Of a DNA stretch of 64,000 nucleotides, positions 34,093 through 45,552 are shown in pieces; position 1 is the stretch's first letter, and each line of letters begins with the position of its first letter. The DNA comes from Podarcis muralis (Eukaryota). A model generated the notes under the pieces. It ran no database searches and had not been told where the DNA came from. It saw only the letters and a list, made by a program, of their open reading frames with translations. The DNA lies in the NCBI RefSeq assembly GCF_964188315.1, contig NC_135667.1, positions 26,102,001-26,166,000 on the forward strand. Direction: 5' to 3'. Both the position numbers and the translations under genes were made by a program.

Positions 34093-35121
34093 TCAGACAT
34101 TTATCCTCCACACCCATACAGCTTTATTTCTTGGAAGAAACGAGCTATCAGTATTTGGAACCAAGAGGCACAAATTTCCCTTCCAAAATTTTCCAGCAAC
34201 CTTTCTCAGAGCCTCTTTGACATCTTTATTTCTCAGGCTATATATGAGGGGGTTAATAAAAGGAGGGAGGACCATGTAAAGTAGTGGAAAGATTTTGTTA
34301 AGGTCTCTGATGGTTTCATTTTCTGGTTTGAAATATGCAATGAATATTGACCCATAGAAGATAGAAACAACAATCACATGAGAAGAACAGGTGGAAAAGG
34401 CCTTCTGCTTCCCAGTGGTGGATGGGATTTTTAAAATGACAGCAATGATAAATATGTAGGAGATAAGGGTCAAAAGAAAAGGAGGAAAACTGAACACAAA
34501 AGCCAGGATTAGAATGACATATTTCACAAGGCTGGTGTCACTGCACGAGATTTTAACCAATGAAAGAGATTCACACAAAAAATTATCAATTTCATTGGAA
34601 CCACAATAATGTAGTTGCGATATCAAGACCAAGCATATGGTGACCAACACAAGGCTGTTGATCCAAGAGCAACTGGCCAGCTGGATACACAGCTTACCAT
34701 TCATAAGAGTTGCATAATATAGGGGTTTGCATATGGCTAAGAAACGATCATAAGACATCACAGAGAGCAGATAGCATTCTGTACCAATCAGGAGAGCAAC
34801 AACAAAAAATTGTATGTGACATCCTTTAACAGAGATGGTTTTGTCTCCTGTCAGGAGACTGGCCAGCATCTTGGGCAGAGAGGCTGAGCTGTAGACTGCT
34901 TCCAAAAAAGACAGATTGCCCAGGAAGAAGTACATAGGTGTGTGCAGGTGAAGATCAGTCACTATGAGAAAGACCATGAGGATATTGAAAGCAATTGTCA
35001 AAATGTAGATCCCCAGAAAAACAAGGAATAGAAAGATGTGCAGATCAGGGAGATCCCCAAATCCCAGAAGGATGAATTCTGTGACTTCACTCAGGTTTCT
35101 CTGCATTGTGGTTGACATCAA
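34093..35121 (-). CDS. Olfactory receptor, class II, 342 aa (triplicate copy A, extended C-tail)
   Basis: Intact ORF with OR motifs. Confidence 0.96.
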   Translation of the reverse strand: MMSTTMQRNLSEVTEFILLGFGDLPDLHIFLFLVFLGIYILTIAFNILMVFLIVTDLHLHTPMYFFLGNLSFLEAVYSSASLPKMLASLLTGDKTISVKGCHIQFFVVALLIGTECYLLSVMSYDRFLAICKPLYYATLMNGKLCIQLASCSWINSLVLVTICLVLISQLHYCGSNEIDNFLCESLSLVKISCSDTSLVKYVILILAFVFSFPPFLLTLISYIFIIAVILKIPSTTGKQKAFSTCSSHVIVVSIFYGSIFIAYFKPENETIRDLNKIFPLLYMVLPPFINPLIYSLRNKDVKEALRKVAGKFWKGNLCLLVPNTDSSFLPRNKAVWVWRINV

Positions 35122-35212
35122 ATGCTACATTCTGAAAGATAATGGGAAAGTGATATGAAAGTGATAGCCATTTTACAATAGTTAAGTACCACTGAGTGAA
35201 GAAATGGAAGGG

Positions 35213-35750
35213 AGAAAGATTCCATCAACGGTGTCTCTGAAAAAAAAATGCACATCACCTGTATTATTTATGCAAATTGATGTTCTCTGGAGTTAGAGAT
35301 CTGACGGGGACAAACCCTGTTATGTTGAGCTCGTATTTTGCACAATTTGTATACGGTGTCTGTTTGATAATGTGTGGTTTGCTATGCCTAATAAAGGATA
35401 TTTGATTTTTTTGGCCAATGTACTGGAAGAAGCAAAGGTCACCAGTGTTGAAGTAATGATTCTTCAACATAAACTTTGTTGGACGGGTCATGTTGTGCGG
35501 ATGCCTGATTATTGTCTTCCAAAGCAACTACTCTACTCTGAACTTAAAAATGGTAAGTGTAATACTGGTGGTCAACAAAAGAGGTTGAAAGGCTCTCTCA
35601 GGGCAAATCTAAAAAAAAATGTAGTATAAACACTGACAACTGTGAAACACTGTCCTGTGAGTTCTCCGGTTGGAGAACAGCCTTTACCAAAGGTGTCATC
35701 TGTTTTGAAGACGCTCGAACTCAGGACTTAAGGGAGAAATGCGCCAAGAG
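35213..35750 (+). mobile_element. RTE-clade LINE fragment with embedded LINE 3' end (35261-35413)
   Basis: ANVLEEAKVTSVEVMILQHKLCWTGHVVRMPDYCLPKQLLYSELKNG; paralog of the 21615 and 40375 fragments. Confidence 0.85.
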
Positions 35751-36479
35751 TGAATTGCATTTGGTTCCCATAACTAAATTAACCTATGGATTTCAATGGG
35801 ACCTAAGAGCCAACCCCAGCAGTCTTCAGTGGTCTCTCAACCAAAGAAGCAGAAAGCATTCAGTGCAGTGACCTATTTCTTACTTCAGAACAAAGTGAGG
35901 AATTGACAATCACACATTTATTACAAAGCTTTAGTTCCTGCAGATAATTAGCACTGAATGCAAATACCTTTATCATGAATGGATGAGGAGCTGAAGTTTG
36001 TACTGAGTGCAATTTCTGAGATGCTGGCCTTAGGAGCAAGTTGCATAGTCTGTTTTCTTCTATCCTCATCCTCACAGACTTGATTGGATGTTTCTTTCTC
36101 CATCGATGCTTTATTTATTTTAGCATCCCATGGCATGCTTCTCCTCTCAGGCATATCAGAAAGAGGAAGCCTCTAGCTGGTTATTATATATTATTATATT
36201 ATATATTATTAGAAATTAAAGGTAAACATATTGAGAGATAGGGACTAATTGTCAGAGAAGGGAACATTAGCTTGAAATCTAGACCAAACTCACATGGGGA
36301 TCATGCATCCCTAGTCACAGGAGTGGGGCACTTTAGGGACAACCATTCTTAGAAATGTTCTTTAATTAATATTCAGATTTTATTAACGGAAACAAAGCCC
36401 TAGCTCTGCCCGCATACAATATGCTGTTGATTTGGTGACTTAAAATATAAGACGATTTGAGTATAATTGGTATAACTTT

Positions 36480-36643
36480 CAGGTAGGTAGCCAATTTGCT
36501 CTGATGCAGTCGAAATATATAAAAAGATTGTCCAGTAGCACCTTAGAGACTAATTAAGCATGTTCTGGGTATAAGCTTTCGTGTGCATGCACATGAAAGC
36601 TTATACCCAGAATATACTTAGTTGGTCTCTAAATTGCTACTGG
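36480..36643. mobile_element. Penelope-like element terminus forming a 112-bp palindrome (36532-36643)
   Basis: CCAGTAGCACCTTAGAGAC...GTGTGCATGCACA.GAAAGCTTATACC...GTTGGTCTCTAA.TTGCTACTGG. Absent from the 26500 and 46530 paralogous sites. Possible TSD TGGTAT(A/T)ACTTT. Confidence 0.7.
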
Positions 36644-36780
36644 TATTACTTTATTCTTGTGAGTTGGCCTTGGGTGGCATGTATTTTTCATTCCACGTAC
36701 CTTTTCTCCACTGGTCTGCATCCTCCCTTTTGCCTTCAAAAACCATATTTCTGCACTGATTTCTTTAAAAGGAAAAGGGA

Positions 36781-37415
36781 TTTATTTATTTATATTTATT
36801 TATTGGTTTTCACATATTACAGTACAATACAAATGTACCAAAGCCAACACCATTTCCTAACCATCCCCCCATACATTTACATTTATATTTCTTCAATCCA
36901 TCATATTATTCTTTTCTCCCTCCTCCCACTTCCCTCCGCCCCCACTTCATTTCCTCCACATTATACAATTTACAATAATCTTTGCATTCTACAGTCTTCT
37001 CAAGTCATCTATATATTCTTATTATCTTTCCTTACTAATTTTTCTTCCATCCACTACTTCACATTTTAATCTAGGCATATTGGCATATCTTTTTTGAGCA
37101 ATATTTTGCCATATATTCATCAAAACATTTCCACTCCTTTTTTAATTTTTGATTCGCCTGATTTCTTATTACAGCAGTTAATCTTGACAAAATTATATAT
37201 TCATTTAGTTTACAAATCCATTCCTCCCTTGTGGGTATGGTGTGTGATTTCCACCTAGCAGCAATCACTATTCTAGCAGCTGTACTTGCATATAGGACCC
37301 CCCCCCAAAAAAAAAAAAACGTGTTATCTCTTCATGTATCAGTCCAAGGAGATATGTCTCTGGTTTCTTTGTTACTGATATTTTCAACATCTTCTTTAGT
37401 TCTTCATGTACTTGA
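36781..37415 (-). mobile_element. L1-clade LINE 3' fragment
   Basis: EELKKMLKISVTKKPETYLLG...TAARIVIAARWKSHTIPTREEWICKLNEY...KEWKCF ORF2 C-terminus, 3' UTR and (TAAA)n tail. Confidence 0.85.
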
Positions 37416-37943
37416 CATGCCTAGTGCACTGAACTGTGATCATTGATCCAGACCAACTTGTAGCTGAAACTTAGAAAAGTATGTGAACCAACACATAGTC
37501 ATCCTTTTGAATTCACTCTTCTATGAATTTTGCAATGCAGTTCTCCAGCCAAGTAATTTGTACAGAACTGCATACACTGACATAAGTTGCATATTGGGGA
37601 AAATAACATACAGAATGCATTATATTAGGGGGAAATGCTTGAAAAAACATGTATATTCACATACAGAAATGTGTGTCTCTGGAGAAATTTGCATCAAAAT
37701 GCTTCCTTTAGGATTAATTTGCCCCTCCTCCCCGCAAAAAAATGCTGTAGGTATGGAGAACTGAATTTAAGATTCTGGGGAAATGAGAAAATAAGAGAAA
37801 CCAAAACTGGCAGATATCTACAACTGAACCATGGGAAGTGATAAGGATCTGAGAGAAGTGAAATTGACAGATCCGTTCATCCCTAGACATCCATAGGATT
37901 TATTTCACTTTATTCATTTATTTCAAAAAATGTATTTATTGCT

Positions 37944-38317
37944 TGTCAGGAATGAGTTGTGAGTGCTAGCAGAGATAAGAGTCCGGGAATCCAGACATTT
38001 TTACAGAGATTTATTGGTTTCTTCTCTCTTTTTACAAGAGCTCTAAAAGTACGTCTCCATCATGGTGAGTCAGTTGCCTCGACTGAGGGAACTTTCGATT
38101 TTCCCCTGCATAACCATTTCCTAAGCCCAACCCCCTTCCTTCCTCTCTGACGAAAGTGGCTTGGCCCCAGAAGTGCCTCCCCCCCTCTCAGATTCATTGC
38201 CTCCTGACAGCCTTTCGTCACCTTCCTCGTCCAAGGAAGAACAGCTACTAATTAATGGAGGTTTCTCTCGGTAAGTTCCCATTCTCTCCCCCCTCCTCTG
38301 CCTCCAATTCCCTGACA
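37944..38317 (-). mobile_element. Solo LTR, 374 bp
   Basis: TGTCAGG...CCTGACA termini, 5-bp TSD TTGCT, minus-strand AATAAA near 38010, empty sites near 33165 and 43590. Confidence 0.9.
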
Positions 38318-39255
38318 TTGCTGGATTGGATAAAAATCTCAAAGTGGTTTTCAGCAAGAATGAAAACTAAAACTATCAGTAAAAACAGATAACTATTTAA
38401 AGCTTTTTTAAAAAAAATAAGAGTGGCAGTATGCTAAAATCCAAATTAAAATACATGTCAATATTCCACATGCCTGGATACATTGGCCTAAAGGAAAATG
38501 TTTTTGGCAGGTGCCAAAAAAAGAGTACAGTGAAGGCACCTGCTTTAAGTAAATAAGCAGAGAGTTCAAAAGTGTGCATGAGGCTTATGAAGCATCTTTA
38601 GCAATCCCAGTTCCACAGACTGATGCAGTTAAGTGGACATAGATGAGTAGGGTGATGTCACAGTTCAATTTATCCCAAGCTTTATGTAGCTACTCCTTGA
38701 AGTAGGCCTGGTAGCAAATTGGCAAGCAGTGCAGGTTCTGAGCAGAGGTGCTATATGCTGATAGGGTAGATATTCAGTTGCATTGTAGAGAACCTCTGGA
38801 AAAACAATCTGTCAATGCTACTCTTCAGAAGTAGCACTGAAACCACTGTAACACAATGCCTCCAATTATAATTACTCAGAGTCATTCCAGAAGGATACTT
38901 TCATCACTAGTATCAACATCTGAAGAGACATCAAGAAGTACAAGCAAAGTCCCACTTCCCTGATTAACCCTCTGTGCTAATTTCTTAAATATATATGGCC
39001 ATAGGAAAAAGTTACACTGAAACAGATGCTTGAAACTTAACTTTCAAGCAAAAACGTATTATAATGTTTTCAACTTCCATGCCTTCACCACCCAACTAAT
39101 TTCTATAATTTCTTGCTCTGAGATGATAATGATATGGGTGAGGGTTTACATAGCTAAGGCAGTAATCTAAATTCTGTTTATTTGGGAGTAAGTCCCATTG
39201 AATTAAATACAATGGACTTCTGCATAGACATGGTTAAAAATCAGAATCTGAACAA

Positions 39256-40284
39256 TCAGACATTTATCCTCCACACCCATACAGCTTTATTTCTTAGAAG
39301 AAAGGAGCCATCGGTATTTGGAACCAAGAGGCACAAATTTCCCTTCCAAAATTTTCCAGCAACCTTTCTCAGAGCCTCTTTGACATCTTTATTTCTCAGG
39401 CTATATATGAGGGGGTTAATAAAAGGAGGGAGGACCATGTAAAGTAGTGGAAAGATTTTGTTAAGGTCTCTGATGGTTTCATTTTCTGGTTTGAAATATG
39501 CAATGAATATTGACCCATAGAAGACAGAAACAACAATGATGTGAGAAGAACAGGTGGAAAAGGCCTTCTGCTTCCCAGTGGTGGATGGGATTTTTAAAAT
39601 GGCTGCAACGATAAATATGTAGGAGATAAGGGTCAAAAGAAAAGGAGGAAAACTGAACACAAAAGCCAGGATTAGAATGACATATTTCACAAGGCTGGTG
39701 TCACTGCATGAGATTTTAACCAATGAAAGAGATTCACAAAAGAAATGATCAATTTCATTGGAACCACAATAATGTAGTTGCGATATCAAGACCAAACATA
39801 TGGTGACCAACACAAGGCTGTTGATCCAAGAGCAACTGGCCAGCTGGATACACAGCTTACCATTCATAAGAGTTGCATAATATAGGGGTTTGCATATGGC
39901 TAAGAAACGATCATAAGACATCACAGAGAGCAGATAGCTTTCTGTACCAATAAGGAGAGCAACAACAAAAATTTGTACGTAACATCCTTTAACAGAGATG
40001 GATTTGTCTCCTGTCAGGAGACTGGACAGCATCTTGGGCAGAGAGGCTGAGCTGTAGACTGCTTCCAAAAAAGACAAATTTCCCAGGAAGAAGTACATAG
40101 GTGTGTGCAGGTGATGATCAGTCACTATGAGAAAGACCATGAGGATATTGAAAGCAATTGTCAAAATGTAGATCCCCAGAAACACAAGGAACAGAAAGAT
40201 GTGCAGATGAGGGAGATCCCCAAATCCCAGAAGGATGAACTCTGTGATTTCACTCAGGTTTCTCTGCATTGTGGTTGTCATCAA
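39256..40284 (-). CDS. Olfactory receptor, class II, 342 aa (triplicate middle copy)
   Basis: Intact ORF with OR motifs. Confidence 0.96.
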   Translation of the reverse strand: MMTTTMQRNLSEITEFILLGFGDLPHLHIFLFLVFLGIYILTIAFNILMVFLIVTDHHLHTPMYFFLGNLSFLEAVYSSASLPKMLSSLLTGDKSISVKGCYVQIFVVALLIGTESYLLSVMSYDRFLAICKPLYYATLMNGKLCIQLASCSWINSLVLVTICLVLISQLHYCGSNEIDHFFCESLSLVKISCSDTSLVKYVILILAFVFSFPPFLLTLISYIFIVAAILKIPSTTGKQKAFSTCSSHIIVVSVFYGSIFIAYFKPENETIRDLNKIFPLLYMVLPPFINPLIYSLRNKDVKEALRKVAGKFWKGNLCLLVPNTDGSFLLRNKAVWVWRINV

Positions 40285-40756
40285 ATGCTACATTCTGAAA
40301 GATAATTGGAAAGTCATATGAAAGTGATAGCCGTTATACAATAGTTAAGTACTACTGAGTGAAGAAATGGAAGTGAGAAAGATTCCATCAACGGTGTCTC
40401 TGAAAATAAATGCACATCACCTGGGAAGACAGGTGAACTAATGCCAATGTACTGAAGAATCATGAATCGTGCAGGCTGTTTATGTTAGCCAGATTTAATA
40501 TGTTTCCCTCAATTATAGTGAGAGGAAGATATTTAGCTCTCCCAGAATCAGAGCATCTCTGCAAATGTAGTAAACAGGAACCTGATACTTTGGAGCATAT
40601 TTTCTTTTCTTGTGATTTTGGCATTTATGCAAGAAGACAATTATTAGAGGCCTTACAACTCAATAGGCTGATTTCTACCAATGGTTCAAGACCTGCTTTC
40701 GGACAGGAATGGTCAAATTACTTTAATATTGGCTGAATTTTTGAGTGCTGTCCATG

Positions 40757-40977
40757 TAATAATAATAATAATTTATTATTTATTCCCCGGCCATCTGTCC
40801 GGGCTTCCCCAGCCACTCTGGGCGGCTTCCAAAAAATATTAAAATACTGTAATACATCAAACATTAAAAGCTTCCCTAAACACGGCTGCCTTCAGATGTC
40901 CTCTAAAAGTCTGGTAGTTGTTGTTCTTTTTGACATCTGGTGGGAGGGCGTTCCACAGGTAGGGTGCCACTACCAGA
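40757..40977 (-). mobile_element. L2-clade LINE 3' end
   Basis: Reverse complement of the L2 tail seen at 47900-48100, with an (ATT)n end. Confidence 0.8.
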
Positions 40978-41000
40978 CTGGACCATTATAAAGAGATTTA

Positions 41001-41259
41001 AAGGTAAAGGTAGAGGTACCCCTGCCAGAATGGGCCAGTCGTGTCCTACTCTAGGGTTGTGCGCCCATCTCACTTAAGAGGCTGGGGGCCAGCGCTTTCC
41101 GGAGACACTTCCGGGTCACGTGGCCAGCGTGACGAAGTTGCTGTGGCGAGCCAGCACCAGCGCAGCACACGGGAACGCCGTTTACCTTCCCGCTATAAAG
41201 CGGTACCTATTTATCTACTTGCACTTAGGGGTGCTTTCGAACTGCTAGGTGGGCAGGAG
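41001..41259 (-). mobile_element. Sauria SINE, 5'-truncated
   Basis: Reverse complement of the SINE body; TSD ATAAAGAGATTTAAA at 40988 and 41260. Confidence 0.88.
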
Positions 41260-41271
41260 ATAAAGAGATTT

Positions 41272-41368
41272 AAAAGGTAAAGGTAAAGGTACCCCTGCCC
41301 GTACGGGCCAGTCTTGCCAGACTCTAGGGTTGTGCGCCCATCTCACTCAAGAGGCCGGGGGCCAGCGT
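41272..41368 (-). mobile_element. Sauria SINE 3' fragment
   Basis: AAAGGTAAAGGTACCCCTGCCCGTACGGGCCAGTC...GGGCCAGCG. Confidence 0.85.
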
Positions 41369-42602
41369 TCTTAATTTATCAGTAATGTGGTAGTGTTGTA
41401 TTGTATTATTTATGCAAATTGATTTTCTCTGGAGTTAGAGATCTGACGGGGACAAACCTTGTTATGCTAAGCTCATATTTTGCACAATTTGTATACGGTG
41501 TCTGTTTGATAATGTGTGGTTTGCTATACCTAATAAAGGATATTTGATTTTTTGGCCAATGTATTGGAAGAAGCAAAGATCACCAGTGTTGAAGAAATGA
41601 TTCTTCAACATCAATTTTGTTGGACTTGTCATGCTGTGCAGACGCCTGATTATCGTCTTCCAAAGCAACTACTCTACTCTGAACTTAAAAATGGTAAGTG
41701 TAATACTGGTGGTCAACAAAAGAGGTTGAAAGGCTCTCTCAGGGCAAATCTAAAAAAATGTAGTATAAACACTGACAACTGTGAAACACTGTCCTCCGAA
41801 TGCTCCAGTTGGACAACAGCCTTTACCAAAGGTGTCATCTGTATTGAAGACGCTCGAACTCAGGACTTGGGGGAGAAATGCGCCAAGAGTGAATTGCATT
41901 TGGTTCCCATGACTAAATTAATCTACGGATTTCAAGGGACCTAAGAGCCAACCCCAGAAGTCTTCAGTGGTCTCTCAACCAAAGAAACAGAAAGCATTCA
42001 GCGCAGTGACATTTTTCTTACTTCAGAATAAAGTGAGGAATTGACAATCACATATTTATTACAAAGCTTTAGTTCCTGCAGATAATTAGCACTGAATGCA
42101 AATACCTTTATCATGAATGGATGAGGAGCTGAAGTTTGTATTGAGTGCAATTTCTGAGATGCTGTTCTTAGGAGCAAGTTGCATAGTCTGTTTTCTTCTA
42201 TCCCCATCTTCACAGACTTGATTGGAAGTTTCTTTCTCCATCACTGCTTTATTTATTTTAGCATCACATGGCATGTTTCTCCTCTCAGGCATATCAGAAA
42301 GAGGAAGCCTCTAGCTGGTTATTATATATTATTAGAAATCAAAGCTAAACATATTGAGAGATAGGGACTAATTGTCAGAGAAGGGAACATTAGCTTGAAA
42401 TCTAGACCAAACTCACATGGGGATCATGCATGCCTAGTCACAGGTGTGGGGCACTTTGGGGACTTCCATTCTTAGAAATGTTCTTTAATGAATATTAAGA
42501 TTTTATTAAGGGAAACAAAGCCCTAGCTCTGCCCGCATACAATATGCTGTTGATTTGGTGACTTAAAATGTAAGACTATTTGAGTGTAATTTGTATAACT
42601 TT

Positions 42603-42764
42603 TAGGTAGGTAGCCAAGTTGCTCTGACGCAGTTGAAATATATAAAAAGATTGTCCAGTAGCACCTTAGAGACTAATTAAGCATGTTCTGGGTATAAGTT
42701 TGTGTGCATGCACACGAAAGCTTATACCCAGAACATATTTAGTTGGTCTCTAAATTGCTACTGG
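42603..42764. mobile_element. Penelope-like palindromic terminus, copy 2 (palindrome 42655-42764)
   Basis: Paralog of 36480-36643. Confidence 0.7.
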
Positions 42765-42904
42765 TATTACTTTACTCGTGTGAGTTGGCCTTGGGTGGCA
42801 CGTATTTTTCATTCTGCTTACCTTTCCCCCACTGCTCTGCATCCTCCCTTTTGCCTTCAAAAATCATATTTCTGCACTGATTACTTTAAAAGGAAAAGGG
42901 AAAT

Positions 42905-43392
42905 ATTTATTTATTTATTTTTATTTTATTTATTTAGTTAGTTAGTTAGTTAGTTATTGGTTTTCACATATTACAGTACAATACAAATGTACCAAAGCCA
43001 ACACCATTTCCTCACCATCCCCCCATACATTTACATTTATATTTCTTCAATCCATCATATTATTCTTTTCTCCCTCCTCCCACTTCCCTCCGCCCCCACT
43101 TCATTTCCTCCACATAATACAATTTACAATAATCTTTGCATTCTACAGTCTTCTCAAGTCATCTATGTATTCTTATTATCTTTCCTTACTAATTTTTCTT
43201 CCATCCACTACTTCACATTTTAATCTAGGCCTATTAGCATATCTTTTTTGAGCAATATTTTGCCATATATTCATCAAAAGATTTCCACTCCTTTTTAAAT
43301 TTTTGATTCGACTGATTTCTTGTTATAGCAGTTAATCTTGCCAAAATTAAATATTCATTTAGTTTGCAAATCCATTCCTCCTTTGTGGGTAT
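42905..43392 (-). mobile_element. L1-clade LINE 3' fragment (paralog of 36781-37415)
   Basis: IPTKEEWICKLNEYLILARLTA...KEWKSFDEY; near-identical 3' UTR. Confidence 0.85.
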
Positions 43393-44523
43393 AGTTTGCT
43401 GTAGGTATGGAGAACTGAATTTAAGATTGGGGGGAAATGAGAAAATAAGAGAATTCATCTATCTCTATCTACAACTGAACCATGGGAGGTGATAAGGATC
43501 TGAAAGAAGTGAAATCGGCAGATCTATTCATCCCTAGACCTCCATAGGATTTATTTTACTTTATTCAATTATTTCAAAATATGTACATACTGCTTTGTTG
43601 CATTAAAATCTCAAAGTGGTTTTCAGCAAGTATGAAAACTAAAATTATCAGTAAAAGCAGATAACTATTTAAAGCTTTTTTAAAAAATAAGAGTGATAGT
43701 ATGCTAAAATCCAAATTAAAATGCATGTCAATATCCCACATGCCTGGATACATAGGCCTAAAGGAAAATGTTTTTGGAGGGTGCCAAAAAAAGAGTACAG
43801 TGAAGGCACTTGCCTTAAGTAAATAAGCAGAGTTCAAAAGAGTGCATGAGTCTTATGAAGCATCTTTAGCAATCCCAGTTCCACAGACTGATGCAGTTAA
43901 GTGGACATAGATGGAGTAAGGTGATGTCACAGTTCAATTTATCCCAAGCTTTATGTAGCTATACCTTGAAGTAGGCCTGGTAGCAAATTGGCAAGCAGTG
44001 CAGGTTCTGATCAGAGGTGCTATATGCTGATAGGGTAGATATTCAGTTGCATTGTAGAGAACCTCTGGAAAAACAATATGTCAATGCTACTCTTCAGAAG
44101 TAGCACTAAAACCACTGTAACACAATGCCTCCAATTATAATTACTCAGAGTCATTCCAGATGGATACCTTCATCACTAGTATCAACATCTGAAGAGACAC
44201 TAAGAATAACAAGCAAAGTCCCACTACCCTGATTAACACTCTGTGCTAATTTCTTAAATATATTTGGTCATAGGAAAAAGTTACACTGAAACAGATGCTT
44301 GAAACTTCACTTTCAAGCAAAAACGTATTATAATGTTTTCAACTTCCATGCCTTCACCACCCAACTAATTTCTATAATTTCTTGCTCTGAGATGATAATG
44401 ATATGGGTGAGGGTTTATATAGCTAAGGCAGTAATCTAAATTCTGTTTATTTGGGAGTAACCCCATTGAATTAAATACAATGGACTTCTGCATAGACATG
44501 ATTAAAAATCAGAGCCCGAACAA

Positions 44524-45552
44524 TCAAACATTTATCCTCCACACCCATACAGCTTTATTTCTTAGAAGAAAGGAGCCATCAGTATTTGGAACCAAGAGGA
44601 ACAAATTTCCCTTCCAAAATTTTCCAGCAACCTTTCTCAGAGCCTCTTTGACATCTTTATTTCTCAGGCTATATATGAGGGGGTTAATAAAAGGAGGGAG
44701 GACCATGTAAAGTAGTGGAAAGATTTTGTTAAGGTCTCTCATTGTTTCATTTTTTGGTGTGAAGTATGCAATGAATATTGACCCATAGAAGATAGAAACA
44801 ACAATCACATGAGAAGAACAGGTGGAAAAGGCCTTCTGCTTCCCAGTGGTGGATGGGATTTTTAAAATGGCAGCAATAATATATATGTAGGAGATAAGGG
44901 TCAAAAGAAAAGGAGGAAAACTGAACACAAAAGCCAGGATTAGAATGACATATTTCACAAGGCTGGTGTCACTGCATGAGATTTTAACTAATGAAAGAGC
45001 TTCACAAAATAAATTATCAATTTCATTGGAAACACAATAATGTAGTTGCCACATCAAGACCAAACATATGGTGACCAACACAATGCTGTTGATCCAAGAG
45101 CAACAGGCCAGCTGAATACACAGTTTACCATTCATAAGAGTTGCATAATATAGGGGTTTGCATATGGCTAAGAAACGATCATAAGACATCACAGAGAGCA
45201 GATAGCATTCTGTACCAATCAGGAGAGCAACAATAAAAAATTGTATGTGACATCCTTTAACAGAGATGGTTTTGTCTCCTGTCAGGAGACTGCCTAGCAT
45301 CCTGGGCAGGGTTGTTGAGCTGTAGACTGCTTCCAAAAAAGACAAATTTCCCAGGAAGAAGTACATAGGTGTGTGCAGGTGATGATCAGTCACTATGAGA
45401 AAGACCATGAGGATATTGAAAGCAATTGTCAAAATGTAGATCCCCAGAAACACAAGGAACAGAAAGATGTGCAGATGAGGGAGATCCCCAAATCCCAGAA
45501 GGATGAACTCTGTGACTTCACTCAGGTTTCTCTGCATTGTGGTTGTCATCAA
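44524..45552 (-). CDS. Olfactory receptor, class II, 342 aa (triplicate copy B)
   Basis: Intact ORF with OR motifs. Confidence 0.96.
   Translation of the reverse strand: MMTTTMQRNLSEVTEFILLGFGDLPHLHIFLFLVFLGIYILTIAFNILMVFLIVTDHHLHTPMYFFLGNLSFLEAVYSSTTLPRMLGSLLTGDKTISVKGCHIQFFIVALLIGTECYLLSVMSYDRFLAICKPLYYATLMNGKLCIQLACCSWINSIVLVTICLVLMWQLHYCVSNEIDNLFCEALSLVKISCSDTSLVKYVILILAFVFSFPPFLLTLISYIYIIAAILKIPSTTGKQKAFSTCSSHVIVVSIFYGSIFIAYFTPKNETMRDLNKIFPLLYMVLPPFINPLIYSLRNKDVKEALRKVAGKFWKGNLFLLVPNTDGSFLLRNKAVWVWRINV

Larger units (their letters stand above)
40460..41554 (+). mobile_element. Unassigned LINE 3' fragment (zinc-knuckle-like C-terminus) inserted in the RTE
   Basis: MLARFNMFPS...LCKCSKQEPDTLEHIFFSC. 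AATAAAGG(ATTTG) tail. Approximate TSD GCCAATGTACTGAAGAA / GCCAATGTATTGGAAGAA. Confidence 0.65.
40375..41889 (+). mobile_element. RTE-clade LINE fragment interrupted by a nested LINE/SINE stack
   Basis: RFHQRCL..MHITWEDR before the insert and ANVLEEAKITSVEEMILQH...PKQLLYSELKNG after it. Confidence 0.8.

Noticed and set aside
36501-36515. CTGATGCAGTCGAAA resembling a hammerhead core
   Set aside because: It lacks the conserved A of CUGANGA and any stem II; the paralog reads CTGACGCAGTTGAAA.
36581-37069. 162-aa hydrophobic ORF (and 42957-43223)
   Set aside because: Antisense read-through of a pyrimidine-rich L1 3' UTR and the Penelope hairpin.
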